64,000 nt of DNA from Thermotogota bacterium (GCA_051748045.1 JBNJGY010000002.1:63701-127700), one strand, 5' to 3'. Positions 9,524 to 18,602 are shown, counted from the first letter of the stretch. Numbers and translations: made by a program. The notes: generated by a model from the sequence alone, not told the origin.

Positions 9524-10409
9524 TTTCATCTACCTCCATATCATCTACTATTCCGTCTATATTCATAAATTCCTCTGATTCATCAATTTTTTTCTTCAAA
9601 GCTTCTACATAATTAAAATACTTCTTAGGATTTAATCCGAGGTTATTCCAAGAATTCGTATCAGGAACTTCTATTCCAAAATTCCCAGAATATCCATAAT
9701 AAAGGGTATTTGTTGTGATGTTTGCTATATGAATAATTTGAACTATCATTTTCGAGTTATCGTCAGTTAAATTATCTACTGAGTCATGAAACCCTGCAGA
9801 ATTAATAATTAAATCAGATAATCCCCATTGTTTAAATAGTAATTTTCCTATAGATTCATGTGAATAAGATTCCAATAGTTCTTCAGCTTTTTTAAAACTT
9901 ATTTTTTTGTGATTGGCGACTTTTATAATCATTTCGAAAGATTCTGGCATAATATTAGACATTGCAATTTTCCCTAAATCATGTAACAAACCAGCTAAAA
10001 ATGCTTCTTCTCTTTCTGGAAAATTAATAGTTTTAGCCAATAATTCTGCACCTATAGCTGTTGCCATGAGATGAGTCCAAAATTTTTTTGTGTTGAAAAA
10101 ATCATATTCATTCCTAAAAAAGTTTTTAACAGTGAATATGCTCATTGCTAGATTTCTAACAGTTTTAAATCCTAATATATTAATTGCTTGAGATAATTTT
10201 GTTATTTTTCTAGGTAATGCATAATATGCTGAATTAGACAGCTTTAAAATTTTTGCACTAAGAGATGGGGATTCCAAAACAGCTGCATTCAAGTCTTTTA
10301 CACTCGAGTTAGGATCAGAAGCAATATTTATAATTCTTTGGACTATAAAATCTGGTGTTGGTAATTCTTCAATTTTTTTTGATATAACTGAAATTGAAAC
10401 TTTACTCAT
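9516..10409 (-). CDS. HDOD domain signal-transduction protein
   Basis: LPT, SPSLSAKILKLSNSAYY, AINILG, FWTH, AFLAGLLHDLGK, H..IG..L...W.L. Confidence 0.9.
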   Translation of the reverse strand: MSKVSISVISKKIEELPTPDFIVQRIINIASDPNSSVKDLNAAVLESPSLSAKILKLSNSAYYALPRKITKLSQAINILGFKTVRNLAMSIFTVKNFFRNEYDFFNTKKFWTHLMATAIGAELLAKTINFPEREEAFLAGLLHDLGKIAMSNIMPESFEMIIKVANHKKISFKKAEELLESYSHESIGKLLFKQWGLSDLIINSAGFHDSVDNLTDDNSKMIVQIIHIANITTNTLYYGYSGNFGIEVPDTNSWNNLGLNPKKYFNYVEALKKKIDESEEFMNIDGIVDDMEVDENV

Positions 10410-11874
10410 TTTCAACACCTCTTGGAATTGTTAATGTAAAAGTAGATCCTTCTCCAAGTTCTGTATCTAGCTCAATAGTTCCATCATGTAATTCAACCAT
10501 ATCTTTAACTATAGATAAACCTACACCTGTCCCTTGTATTTCATAAGTTAATGAAGTATCTGATCTATAAAACTTATCAAATATTTTTTCTTTATCTTCT
10601 GATTTTATACCTATACTATTGTCTTTTATTTTAATAATTATATTATTATCATTTATTTCTGTAGTTATTTTAACGAACTTATTATTTTTTTCATTATCAG
10701 AATATTTAATTGCATTTTGAATTAAATTAAATATTACTTGTCTCATTCTTGTTCTATCCATAAAAACTTCAATAGGTTCTTCGTTTTCAAATTCAACATC
10801 AACTTTGTTATTATTAGCGAATTCTTCTAAGGTATTACAGATTTCTTGTATTAATTCATTAATATTGAAATTAGTTTTTTCTAAATTTAAAGTTTTTAAC
10901 TCTAATTTTGAAAAATCTAAAAGATCATTTAAAAGGCGGCTAAGATGGTTTGTTTCACTTTGTATAGTTTTAAAAAACTCTATTAATGTCTCATTGTCAA
11001 GCATCTCATAAGAGTCTATAATAGTATCAGAGTAAGCTTTTATTGCTGAGAGTGGTGTTCTCAATTCATGAGACATCATAGATAAGAATTCCATTTTCAT
11101 CTTGTCAATTTTTTTCATCTTTTCTAGTTCTTTTGTGCCACTTATATCCCTTATGACTAAAAGAACATTTTTTTCATTTTCAAATTCAAGAAAATTAGAA
11201 TCAATGGAATAAAACTTATCCTCAATTTCTTTTTCTTCAGATTGGTTTTTTTCTGTATCTAAAGTTCTTTGAATAATAGAGTTTAATTTTTCTTGTAATA
11301 CCTCATCAAGATTATCGTATTTCTCATTTTTAAAATTAATATCTTTGTTTTCTGAAAATACAACTATAGAATCATTAGTTGAATTCAAAATGCTATTTAG
11401 AAAATTCTTATTTTTTTCTATGATAAAATTTTTATTTAATATTTTATCATATAGAACTAAGTTCTCAAATAAATTTCCTGTCATGAAAGATATAATTCTG
11501 AAAAGCATCATCATTTCATTAGAAAAATCATCTTTTTTAGTTATTGCGGTATAAACAAAGTGTTTAGTATTTAAACTAAAAACAGGTACAAAAATGTATG
11601 AAAAATTCTCTTCTGGGAAGATAGAGACATCCAAATTATTATTTGACCATATAACCATGTCTTCTATATCTGAGTTATAAGATGTTTTAAATATCTCATG
11701 TACTTTTTCATCTTTAGAAATTTTAAAGAAAAACTCTTTATCAATATCAATAATTCCATTTGATATTTTTGATAAAGTTTTATAAGCTGAGTCTAAATCA
11801 TTAACTTTTGATATTTCCATTATAATATTAGATAAATTAGAATAGAAAGATGATTCTTTAACTTTTTCAACCAT
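10402..11874 (-). CDS. Sensor histidine kinase, HK853-like (GAF/PAS-like N-terminus, HisKA, HATPase)
   Basis: H-box SHELRTPLSAIKAY, N-box NLIQNAIKYS, G2 GTGVGL; motifs resemble T. maritima HK853 as recalled. Confidence 0.9.
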   Translation of the reverse strand: MVEKVKESSFYSNLSNIIMEISKVNDLDSAYKTLSKISNGIIDIDKEFFFKISKDEKVHEIFKTSYNSDIEDMVIWSNNNLDVSIFPEENFSYIFVPVFSLNTKHFVYTAITKKDDFSNEMMMLFRIISFMTGNLFENLVLYDKILNKNFIIEKNKNFLNSILNSTNDSIVVFSENKDINFKNEKYDNLDEVLQEKLNSIIQRTLDTEKNQSEEKEIEDKFYSIDSNFLEFENEKNVLLVIRDISGTKELEKMKKIDKMKMEFLSMMSHELRTPLSAIKAYSDTIIDSYEMLDNETLIEFFKTIQSETNHLSRLLNDLLDFSKLELKTLNLEKTNFNINELIQEICNTLEEFANNNKVDVEFENEEPIEVFMDRTRMRQVIFNLIQNAIKYSDNEKNNKFVKITTEINDNNIIIKIKDNSIGIKSEDKEKIFDKFYRSDTSLTYEIQGTGVGLSIVKDMVELHDGTIELDTELGEGSTFTLTIPRGVENE

Positions 11875-12031
11875 AGTAAACCCCTTCTTATAGATTAATC
11901 CATTTAATTATACCTTATAGAATGATTAATACAAAATAAATTCATTTAATCATTAATTGAATTTTTTAATGAATATCACTTTCACTGTCAAATGATATAA
12001 TTGTATGAGATAGAAAAAGGAGGTTCAAAAA

Positions 12032-13381
12032 ATGAAAATAGATATGAAAATTGATGTTAAAAAACTAATAGATAATAATCAACTAAAAATTTTAAAAGAT
12101 ATTTTAAAAGATCAAGAACCTGCTTATATTGTAGAAATGATAGAAGAAATCGAAGCAGAAGATAAAGTTATTATTTTTAGACTTTTACAAAAGGACACTG
12201 CTGCTCTTGTATTTTCCGAACTTGAAAAAGATGATCAAAAAATATTGTTATCTCTTTTTAAGGAGGAAAAGATAAAAGAAATTGTGACCAATCTAGATCC
12301 AGATGATAGAACAGATTTATTTGAAGAACTTCCAGCCAACGTAGTAAAAAAGCTTTTAGCCTATTTATCTCCTGAAGAAAGAAGACAAGCTCAAATTCTT
12401 TTAAACTATCCAGAAGATTCAGCAGGTAGAATAATGACACCTGACCTTTTTGATCTAAGAGAAAAATCTACCTCAGGAGCTGCCTTGAAAAAAATTAAAG
12501 AGAAAGGAAAAAGAGCAGAAACAATTTATACTCTTTTTGTTATTGATGAAAACAGAAAACTAACTGGGGTTGTTGAATTAGATGAGATAATTTTTTCTGA
12601 AGAATCTAAATTAATACAAGAAATAATGAATGATGATCCTCTTTATGTCAGTGTTTATGATACAGGAGAAGAAGCAGCGATGATTATGAGAGATTATGAT
12701 TTATTAGCTCTACCAGTAGTGGACTCAGAAAAGAGATTAGTGGGAATTATAACAGTTGACGATATTATAGACATTATTGAAGAATCTGCAACAGAAGATA
12801 TACAAAAAATGGCTGCTGTAAATGCGACAGATACTTCATATCTTCACACTTCAATATGGAAATTAGTGAAAAGTAGGGTTGTGTGGTTGATTATGCTTCT
12901 TTTACTTGAAAGTATGGCTGTATTTATTATTGATAGCTTTTCAGCTGTGTTGCAAAAAATAACAATTCTAGCAGCATTTATACCTACTATAAATGCTATG
13001 GGAGGTAACACTGGTAGCCAAATGTCTGCTGTAATAATTAGATCTATGGCTTTAGGAGAATTAGATAAAGATGATATAAAAAAAGTGTTAAAAAAAGAAA
13101 TATTTGTTGGAACAATAATAGCCTTAATATTATCAGTAGTTATGGGTTTAAGAGCTTTTGTAAACACTCAAAATACTTCTATAATATTGGCATTATCCTC
13201 TTCTTTGATTGTTGTAGTTTTGGTATCAAACTTTCTTGGTTCTGTGTTACCTTTTTTTGCAAAAAAATTTAAAGTAGACCCAGCTTTAATTTCTGGTCCT
13301 CTTATCTCAACAATCATGGATGTTATTAGTATGGCAGTTTATTTTTCTGTTTCTATGTATTTTTTAAAAGACATGCTTTAA
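12032..13381 (+). CDS. mgtE: Magnesium transporter MgtE
   Basis: MgtE_N domain, YPEDSAGRIMT, two CBS domains, GGNTGSQ, DPALISGPLISTIMD. Confidence 0.95.
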   Translation: MKIDMKIDVKKLIDNNQLKILKDILKDQEPAYIVEMIEEIEAEDKVIIFRLLQKDTAALVFSELEKDDQKILLSLFKEEKIKEIVTNLDPDDRTDLFEELPANVVKKLLAYLSPEERRQAQILLNYPEDSAGRIMTPDLFDLREKSTSGAALKKIKEKGKRAETIYTLFVIDENRKLTGVVELDEIIFSEESKLIQEIMNDDPLYVSVYDTGEEAAMIMRDYDLLALPVVDSEKRLVGIITVDDIIDIIEESATEDIQKMAAVNATDTSYLHTSIWKLVKSRVVWLIMLLLLESMAVFIIDSFSAVLQKITILAAFIPTINAMGGNTGSQMSAVIIRSMALGELDKDDIKKVLKKEIFVGTIIALILSVVMGLRAFVNTQNTSIILALSSSLIVVVLVSNFLGSVLPFFAKKFKVDPALISGPLISTIMDVISMAVYFSVSMYFLKDML

Positions 13382-13387
13382 AATATG

Positions 13388-13420
13388 ATGAAGAAAGATG
13401 TAAATCTTTCTTCATTTATT
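13388..13420 (+). terminator. Intrinsic terminator after mgtE
   Basis: ATGAAGAAAGAT-GTAA-ATCTTTCTTCAT stem then TTATT. Confidence 0.65.
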
Positions 13421-13607
13421 ATTAATTAAAGATTTTTATATTAATATATTAATAACAGAAAATAATTAAAACCATGTTTAAATAGTTAAAAAGTGAAAAT
13501 TTTCATTAAATATTTACTTTTTTAAAAATAATACATTAAAATAAAAAAGTTAAAATTTATTAGTGAAAAAAATAACCAATAATAAATTAGTCTTGGAGTT
13601 GATTCTA

Positions 13608-13883
13608 TTGATAGAAATTTATGTCTGTATGGGAAGTGCATGCTATTTAAAAGGATCTAGAGATATTGTAGATATTTTGAATCGTATGATAAAAAAATAT
13701 GAATTGAAAACAAGAGTTAAACTTAAAGGATCTTTTTGTTTGGGACCATGTAATCAGGGAGTAGTAATAAAAGTAGGAGATAGATATTTTAAAAAAATGA
13801 ATACAGAAAATACTATGAAAATATTTAAAGAGAAGATTTATCCTTATATTTTAGAAATTGAAGAGAGTGGTTATCATGAATAA
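13608..13883 (+). CDS. Thioredoxin-like [2Fe-2S] ferredoxin (HfsA/NuoE-like)
   Basis: C-x4-C (CMGSAC) ... C-x3-C (CLGPC); TTG start at 13608 after GGAG. Confidence 0.85.
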   Translation: MIEIYVCMGSACYLKGSRDIVDILNRMIKKYELKTRVKLKGSFCLGPCNQGVVIKVGDRYFKKMNTENTMKIFKEKIYPYILEIEESGYHE

Positions 13884-14379
13884 TTTATCAAAAAATGTTT
13901 GGGAATTAATAATGGATTACGATCCTAATGGAATAATGGCAGTTGATGAGGAATTTACTATAAAACTTGTAAATCCATCATTTGCAAAAATGTTTTATCT
14001 TCAAGGAAAAGATATCATAGGTAGGTCAGTTTTTGAGTTTTTTAATGATTTTGATGATTATAGAGAAATAATGGAGGATGAAGAAAAAATATTAAAAAAA
14101 ATTCATACTTATAAAAATTATGGCTTAACTGTTTCTGAAGTAACTTTTAGAATTAAAGATGAAAATTTAATTGTTAAAATATTTCACGACATAACAGACC
14201 AAGTCGAAAAAGAAAAAGAACTGAAATATTTGAAATTGCATATAATTGAAGAAGTACAAAAAATCGTTGACAAACAGATGAAAACCGGTCAAGAAATTGC
14301 GTCTATACTAGGAGAAACAACAGCAGAAACAAAGGCTACTTTAGTAAAACTACTTGATATTTTAAAAAAAGAAAACTAA
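13876..14379 (+). CDS. PAS domain protein with HydS/HfsB-type C-terminal tail (no hydrogenase domain)
   Basis: DPNGIMAVD...VNPSF..MF...IIGR PAS motif; tail VDKQM...QEIAS.LGETTAETK. Confidence 0.8.
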   Translation: MNNLSKNVWELIMDYDPNGIMAVDEEFTIKLVNPSFAKMFYLQGKDIIGRSVFEFFNDFDDYREIMEDEEKILKKIHTYKNYGLTVSEVTFRIKDENLIVKIFHDITDQVEKEKELKYLKLHIIEEVQKIVDKQMKTGQEIASILGETTAETKATLVKLLDILKKEN

Positions 14380-14393
14380 AAGGAAGGTTAAAG

Positions 14394-15557
14394 ATGATAT
14401 CTTCAGTTATATATAAAAAAAGTTTAAATAAATTTGGCGAAGAAGTTTGCGGAGATAATTTTCAATTAAGTAAAACTTCAAATTCAAAAATAGCCGTTTT
14501 ATCTGATGGATTAGGTAGCGGAATAAAAGCTAGTATCTTATCAATTTTAACAACAGAAATTATTTCAACAATGTTTAAAAAAGGTGTAGAAGTAGAAGAA
14601 ATTTATCATACAATTGCAAAAACTCTTCCTGTTTGTAAAATAAGAGGAATGGCGTATTCAACTTTTTCAATTGTACAAGTTTTTAAAGATGGAAAAATTA
14701 AAATAGTTAATTACGATAATCCTGTACCAATTGTAATTAGAGATGGTGAATTATACTGGCCAAAATATCAAAAAAAAGTTATTAATGGCAAGGCTGTTAA
14801 TATTTCTAATTTTTATCTTGAACCAGATGATTTTGTTTTTGTTTTTTCTGATGGAATAGTTCATGCGGGTTTAGGTAATATGATGGATTTTGGTTGGGGA
14901 ATAGAAAATATTTCTGCTTATATAAAAAGACTTTATAGAAGGACAAGAGATATAAAATATATGGTAGATAATCTAGTAGAGTTGACAAAAAGTTATTATG
15001 GCTCACAGCCTGGTGATGATTCTAGTGTTGTAGGGTTTAAAATAACAGAAAAACCAACTGCAATTATTTTTACAGGGCCTCCTTTGGATCCAAAACAAGA
15101 TAAGTTTTATGTTCAAAAATTTATTGAGAATGAAGGTAAGAAAATTGTTTGTGGAGGTACTACTAGTAACATAGTATCAAGAATAATAGATGAAGAAATT
15201 GAAATAAATTTCAATATAAATTCAAAAAGTGAAATTCCTCCTTATGGGAGTATGAAAGGTGTAGACCTAGTTACAGAGGGAGTATTAACACTAAAAGGAT
15301 TAAATAATTTGCTTGGTAAATGTAAAAATAATATGTTTGAGATAGATATAGAAGATAAAAACCTAGATGCTTCAGAAAAAATGTTTATAACACTAAGAGA
15401 TTGTGATGAAATAACATTATTGGTAGGCAGAAAAGTAAATGTTTTTTATCATAACCCAGCATTACCTTTTGATATGTCTATTAGATCAAATCTTATAAGG
15501 GACATCAAATCAAATTTAAAAAGAGTGGGAAAAGAAGTTAAAGTAGAGTATTGTTGA
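14394..15557 (+). CDS. SpoIIE/PP2C-family Ser/Thr protein phosphatase (HfsC-like)
   Basis: CGD, LSDGLGSGIKA, YSTF, SDG..HAG, GDD, TGPP, CGGTT, DLVTEG motifs. Confidence 0.88.
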   Translation: MISSVIYKKSLNKFGEEVCGDNFQLSKTSNSKIAVLSDGLGSGIKASILSILTTEIISTMFKKGVEVEEIYHTIAKTLPVCKIRGMAYSTFSIVQVFKDGKIKIVNYDNPVPIVIRDGELYWPKYQKKVINGKAVNISNFYLEPDDFVFVFSDGIVHAGLGNMMDFGWGIENISAYIKRLYRRTRDIKYMVDNLVELTKSYYGSQPGDDSSVVGFKITEKPTAIIFTGPPLDPKQDKFYVQKFIENEGKKIVCGGTTSNIVSRIIDEEIEINFNINSKSEIPPYGSMKGVDLVTEGVLTLKGLNNLLGKCKNNMFEIDIEDKNLDASEKMFITLRDCDEITLLVGRKVNVFYHNPALPFDMSIRSNLIRDIKSNLKRVGKEVKVEYC

Positions 15558-15570
15558 GGAGAGTGAAAAA

Positions 15571-15813
15571 ATGAAAATAGAAATATGTGTAGGTACAACC
15601 TGCCATTTAATGGGTTCATCTAGTATAATAGAGGCTTTGGAAGATATAGAAGAAAAAATAAAAGATAAAATTGAAATAAAATATACTACTTGTTTTGAAC
15701 TATGTCATGGTCAAATGAAGCCACCAATTATAAAAATAGATAACAAATTCTATGAAGATATAAATCCTGAAAAGATAAAAATGATAGTTAGAAATAAAAT
15801 AGGGAATGATTGA
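15571..15813 (+). CDS. Small thioredoxin-like [2Fe-2S] ferredoxin
   Basis: CVGTTCHLMG and CFELC cysteine pattern. Confidence 0.82.
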   Translation: MKIEICVGTTCHLMGSSSIIEALEDIEEKIKDKIEIKYTTCFELCHGQMKPPIIKIDNKFYEDINPEKIKMIVRNKIGND

Positions 15814-17240
15814 AAATGAGAAATTTTGTTTTCAATGAAATAATGAAATTAAAAAGGCAAACTTTGATAGAAATGTCTAGGTTATTAGAAAAAAATGAAT
15901 TAAAAAAAAGTTTATTTTTATTACCAAAAAAAATGTTACCTGGGCCTGAAGGCACTTATAGAGATTCTGTATATCATGAAAGAGAAGTGTTAAAACAGAG
16001 GATAAAATTATTTTTAGGACTTGATTATGAGAAATCAAAAAATCTGGAACTATTTCAAATTTCGGAACATCTGGATGAAATTTTAGAAGGGAAATCAGAA
16101 TTATTAGATAAAGAGAAAAAAATACACATAATAAAAGAAGGATGTGATTCTTGTCCTTCAGGTAGGTATTATATAACAGATCTTTGTAGAAACTGTGTAG
16201 CTCATTCTTGTATGAATTCTTGTCCTAAAGATGCGATCTCTTTTAATAATGGAAGAGCTTCAATAAATGCTGAAAAATGTATAGGCTGTGGATTATGTGA
16301 ACAATCTTGTAATTACTTTGCCATAATGAAATTAGAGAGACCTTGTGAAGTATCTTGTTCAGTAGATGCAATAGAAAAAGATGAAACAAATGCTGCAGAA
16401 ATAAATTATGAAAAATGTGTCGCTTGTGGTTCTTGTTATATCTCATGTCCATTTGGCGCAGTTGAAACAACGTCTTCTCTTATCAAAGTGTTATATAATT
16501 TGAAAAAAACTAAAAAGAAAAATATTGCTTTAATAGCTCCTTCTATTGTTTCGCAGTTTGGACCAAAAGTAACAATTGGAAAGATAAAAAAAGCTTTAAA
16601 AAAAATAGGTTTTGATGAATCAATTGAAGTAGCGATAGGAGCAGATATGATTGCAAAAGAAGAAGCTGAATATTTAAAAAATGCTAATAATTTAATCACA
16701 ACATCATGTTGCCCAGCTTTTGTTGAATATATTAAAAAATATAAACCTGATTTTATTGACAAAATATCCCCTTCCTTATCTCCAATGACACATTTAGCAA
16801 AATATTTAAGAAAAGAGTATAAAGATTTAGAGTTGACATTTATTGGTCCTTGCATTGCAAAAGAAAAAGAAAATTATATATATGGTGAAGTTGATAATAT
16901 TTTAACCTTTGAAGAAGTTGGCATTCTTTTTATTACAAAAAATATTGAGCCATCTAATTGTGAAGAAGAAGAATTGAAAGGAAGCTATGAAGGTTGGAAT
17001 TTTGCCGCAAGTGGCGGTGTAACTAAAGCGTTAAAAGAATATATAGATGATAATATTAAAGATATTCAAATGAATGGCTTAAAAGAAGCTGATAAGATTT
17101 TTAAAGAATTAGAAAAAGAGGATTATGATTTGTTGGAAGGAATGGCATGTGAAGGTGGATGTATTTGTGGACCAGGGATAATAAACAACCCTAGAGTTGC
17201 AAAAAGGAAATTATCTAATTTAAATATAAAAATAAAATAA
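15810..17240 (+). CDS. Monomeric [FeFe]-hydrogenase with ferredoxin-type 4Fe-4S domains (HfsD/group B-like)
   Basis: H-cluster motifs L1 TSCCP, L2 GPCIAKEKE, L3 EGMACEGGCICG; several CxxCxxCxxxC motifs. Confidence 0.9.
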   Translation: MKMRNFVFNEIMKLKRQTLIEMSRLLEKNELKKSLFLLPKKMLPGPEGTYRDSVYHEREVLKQRIKLFLGLDYEKSKNLELFQISEHLDEILEGKSELLDKEKKIHIIKEGCDSCPSGRYYITDLCRNCVAHSCMNSCPKDAISFNNGRASINAEKCIGCGLCEQSCNYFAIMKLERPCEVSCSVDAIEKDETNAAEINYEKCVACGSCYISCPFGAVETTSSLIKVLYNLKKTKKKNIALIAPSIVSQFGPKVTIGKIKKALKKIGFDESIEVAIGADMIAKEEAEYLKNANNLITTSCCPAFVEYIKKYKPDFIDKISPSLSPMTHLAKYLRKEYKDLELTFIGPCIAKEKENYIYGEVDNILTFEEVGILFITKNIEPSNCEEEELKGSYEGWNFAASGGVTKALKEYIDDNIKDIQMNGLKEADKIFKELEKEDYDLLEGMACEGGCICGPGIINNPRVAKRKLSNLNIKIK

Positions 17241-17261
17241 GATAAGATAAGATAAGATAAG
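17237..17261 (+). repeat. Pentanucleotide microsatellite (ATAAG)x5
   Basis: Five exact copies starting in the hydrogenase stop codon. Confidence 0.9.
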
Positions 17262-17267
17262 TCCTTT

Positions 17268-17370
17268 TAATATGATACCTCCAAAGTAGAAATGTAGTTA
17301 AAAAAAATTACAAAACTGCTTTGGAGGTATAATTATTAATTCTTATGTCTATTTGATATGAAGCTGTTCA
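17268..17370. mobile_element. Putative non-autonomous IS3-family-like miniature element/remnant
   Basis: Left end TAATATGATACCTCCAAAGTAGAAA with internal hairpin to CTGCTTTGGAGGTAT; right end TGTCTATTTGATATGAAGCTGTTCA; no transposase. Confidence 0.5.
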
Positions 17371-17378
17371 ATAAGCTC

Positions 17379-17843
17379 TTATTTTATGTATATTTCCATT
17401 TTTTCATTAGTAGATAAAATAACATTTCCTTTTTCCTTCATTACAAATAAATCACCTGGAGTTAGTTCAGTTGATTCACCATTAGCTGTGACATTAATTC
17501 CTCCAGCTTGTACGTATATTTTTTCAACTTCCTTTTCAATAGTTCCTTCAGTTTTTACTAAATTCCATTCTTTAACTTTAAGTTCTCTTAAATGGTCTTC
17601 TTCTGGAAATTTTATTAAAAAGAAGTTATCAAATTCGATTTCTTTTGTTTGATCTTTAAAAAATAAATCATTAGGATTTTCTAAAGCTTTATTCAAACCG
17701 CCTAAGGTATCTCCTAAAAGTTCATAATAATTTGAAATAGTTTTTTCATCATATTTACTACTTAAAAAATTATCTAAATCATCAAAATCAGCATCGGGAT
17801 GCTGTTCTAAAAAATTCTCTACATCTTTTATAACTTTTTCCAC
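17379..17843 (-). CDS. Hypothetical protein with degenerate C-terminal cupin (DUF861/TM1112-like) domain
   Basis: P...LRELKVKEW...E.IYVQAG...V...G....L.PGDL pattern; GTG start after AGGAGG. Confidence 0.6.
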   Translation of the reverse strand: MEKVIKDVENFLEQHPDADFDDLDNFLSSKYDEKTISNYYELLGDTLGGLNKALENPNDLFFKDQTKEIEFDNFFLIKFPEEDHLRELKVKEWNLVKTEGTIEKEVEKIYVQAGGINVTANGESTELTPGDLFVMKEKGNVILSTNEKMEIYIK

Positions 17844-17861
17844 AAAAATACCTCCTAAAGG

Positions 17862-18164
17862 TTAAAGCTGCATTCTCATAATTTCTTTATAAGAATCTAT
17901 GATTTTTCCTGTAACTTCTGATGTTAACTGTAATGATAAAGAGGCTTTTTCTGCAGCTATTATTACTTGATGAACATCATTAATCTTTCCAGTTGAATAA
18001 TCAACAGCAGCTTTATCTGCACTCTTTTGAAGGTTATTAACATCATTAATTGCATCTTTTAACATGTTTGAAAAATCAACATTTGCATTTTCTTGAGTCT
18101 TAGAAGTGGGGATACTTTTATTAACTCCTGATACATTTTGAATTCCGTTGATTTTATCTATCAA
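17862..18164 (-). CDS. fliE: Flagellar hook-basal body protein FliE
   Basis: FS.MLKDAINDVN.LQ, DVHQV.IA.EKA, YKEIMRMQL. Confidence 0.93.
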   Translation of the reverse strand: MIDKINGIQNVSGVNKSIPTSKTQENANVDFSNMLKDAINDVNNLQKSADKAAVDYSTGKINDVHQVIIAAEKASLSLQLTSEVTGKIIDSYKEIMRMQL

Positions 18165-18179
18165 TATGGTTCACCTCCA

Positions 18180-18602
18180 TTATTTCCCTATACTTAATGC
18201 TGAATTATACATAGATTTTGCTGAGTTTATTACTGCAGCATTAGAATCATAAGCTCTTTGAGCTGACATCATATCTACCATTTCATTTAGTGCATTCACA
18301 TTAGGCATTCTAACATATCCTTCTTCATTAGCATCTGGGTGTTCAGGATTATATACTAATTTGAAAGGAGAAGAATCTTCTTGGATTGAATTGACTTTTA
18401 CCCCACCAAATTCAGATTTTGTTTTTCCAAGTTCTCCATTTAATACCTCTTGAAAAGTAACGATTTTTCTTCTATATGGATCTCCATTTTCAGTTCTTGT
18501 TGTATCAGTATTAGCTAAATTTTGTGATATGACATTTAATCTAAATCTTTCTGCTGACATTCCTGAAGAGGATATATTGATACTTTTAAATAAGCCTTCC
18601 AT
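18180..18602 (-). CDS. flgC: Flagellar basal-body rod protein FlgC
   Basis: SGM.AERFRL..ISQNLAN, PYRRK, Y.PEHPDA, MPNVN, SAQRAY. Confidence 0.95.
   Translation of the reverse strand: MEGLFKSINISSSGMSAERFRLNVISQNLANTDTTRTENGDPYRRKIVTFQEVLNGELGKTKSEFGGVKVNSIQEDSSPFKLVYNPEHPDANEEGYVRMPNVNALNEMVDMMSAQRAYDSNAAVINSAKSMYNSALSIGK

Noticed and set aside
11875-12031. Mg2+ (M-box) riboswitch upstream of mgtE
   Set aside because: Short AT-rich divergent region; an extended -10 (TGATATAAT, 11993-12001) sits ~30 nt from the start, leaving no room for the structure
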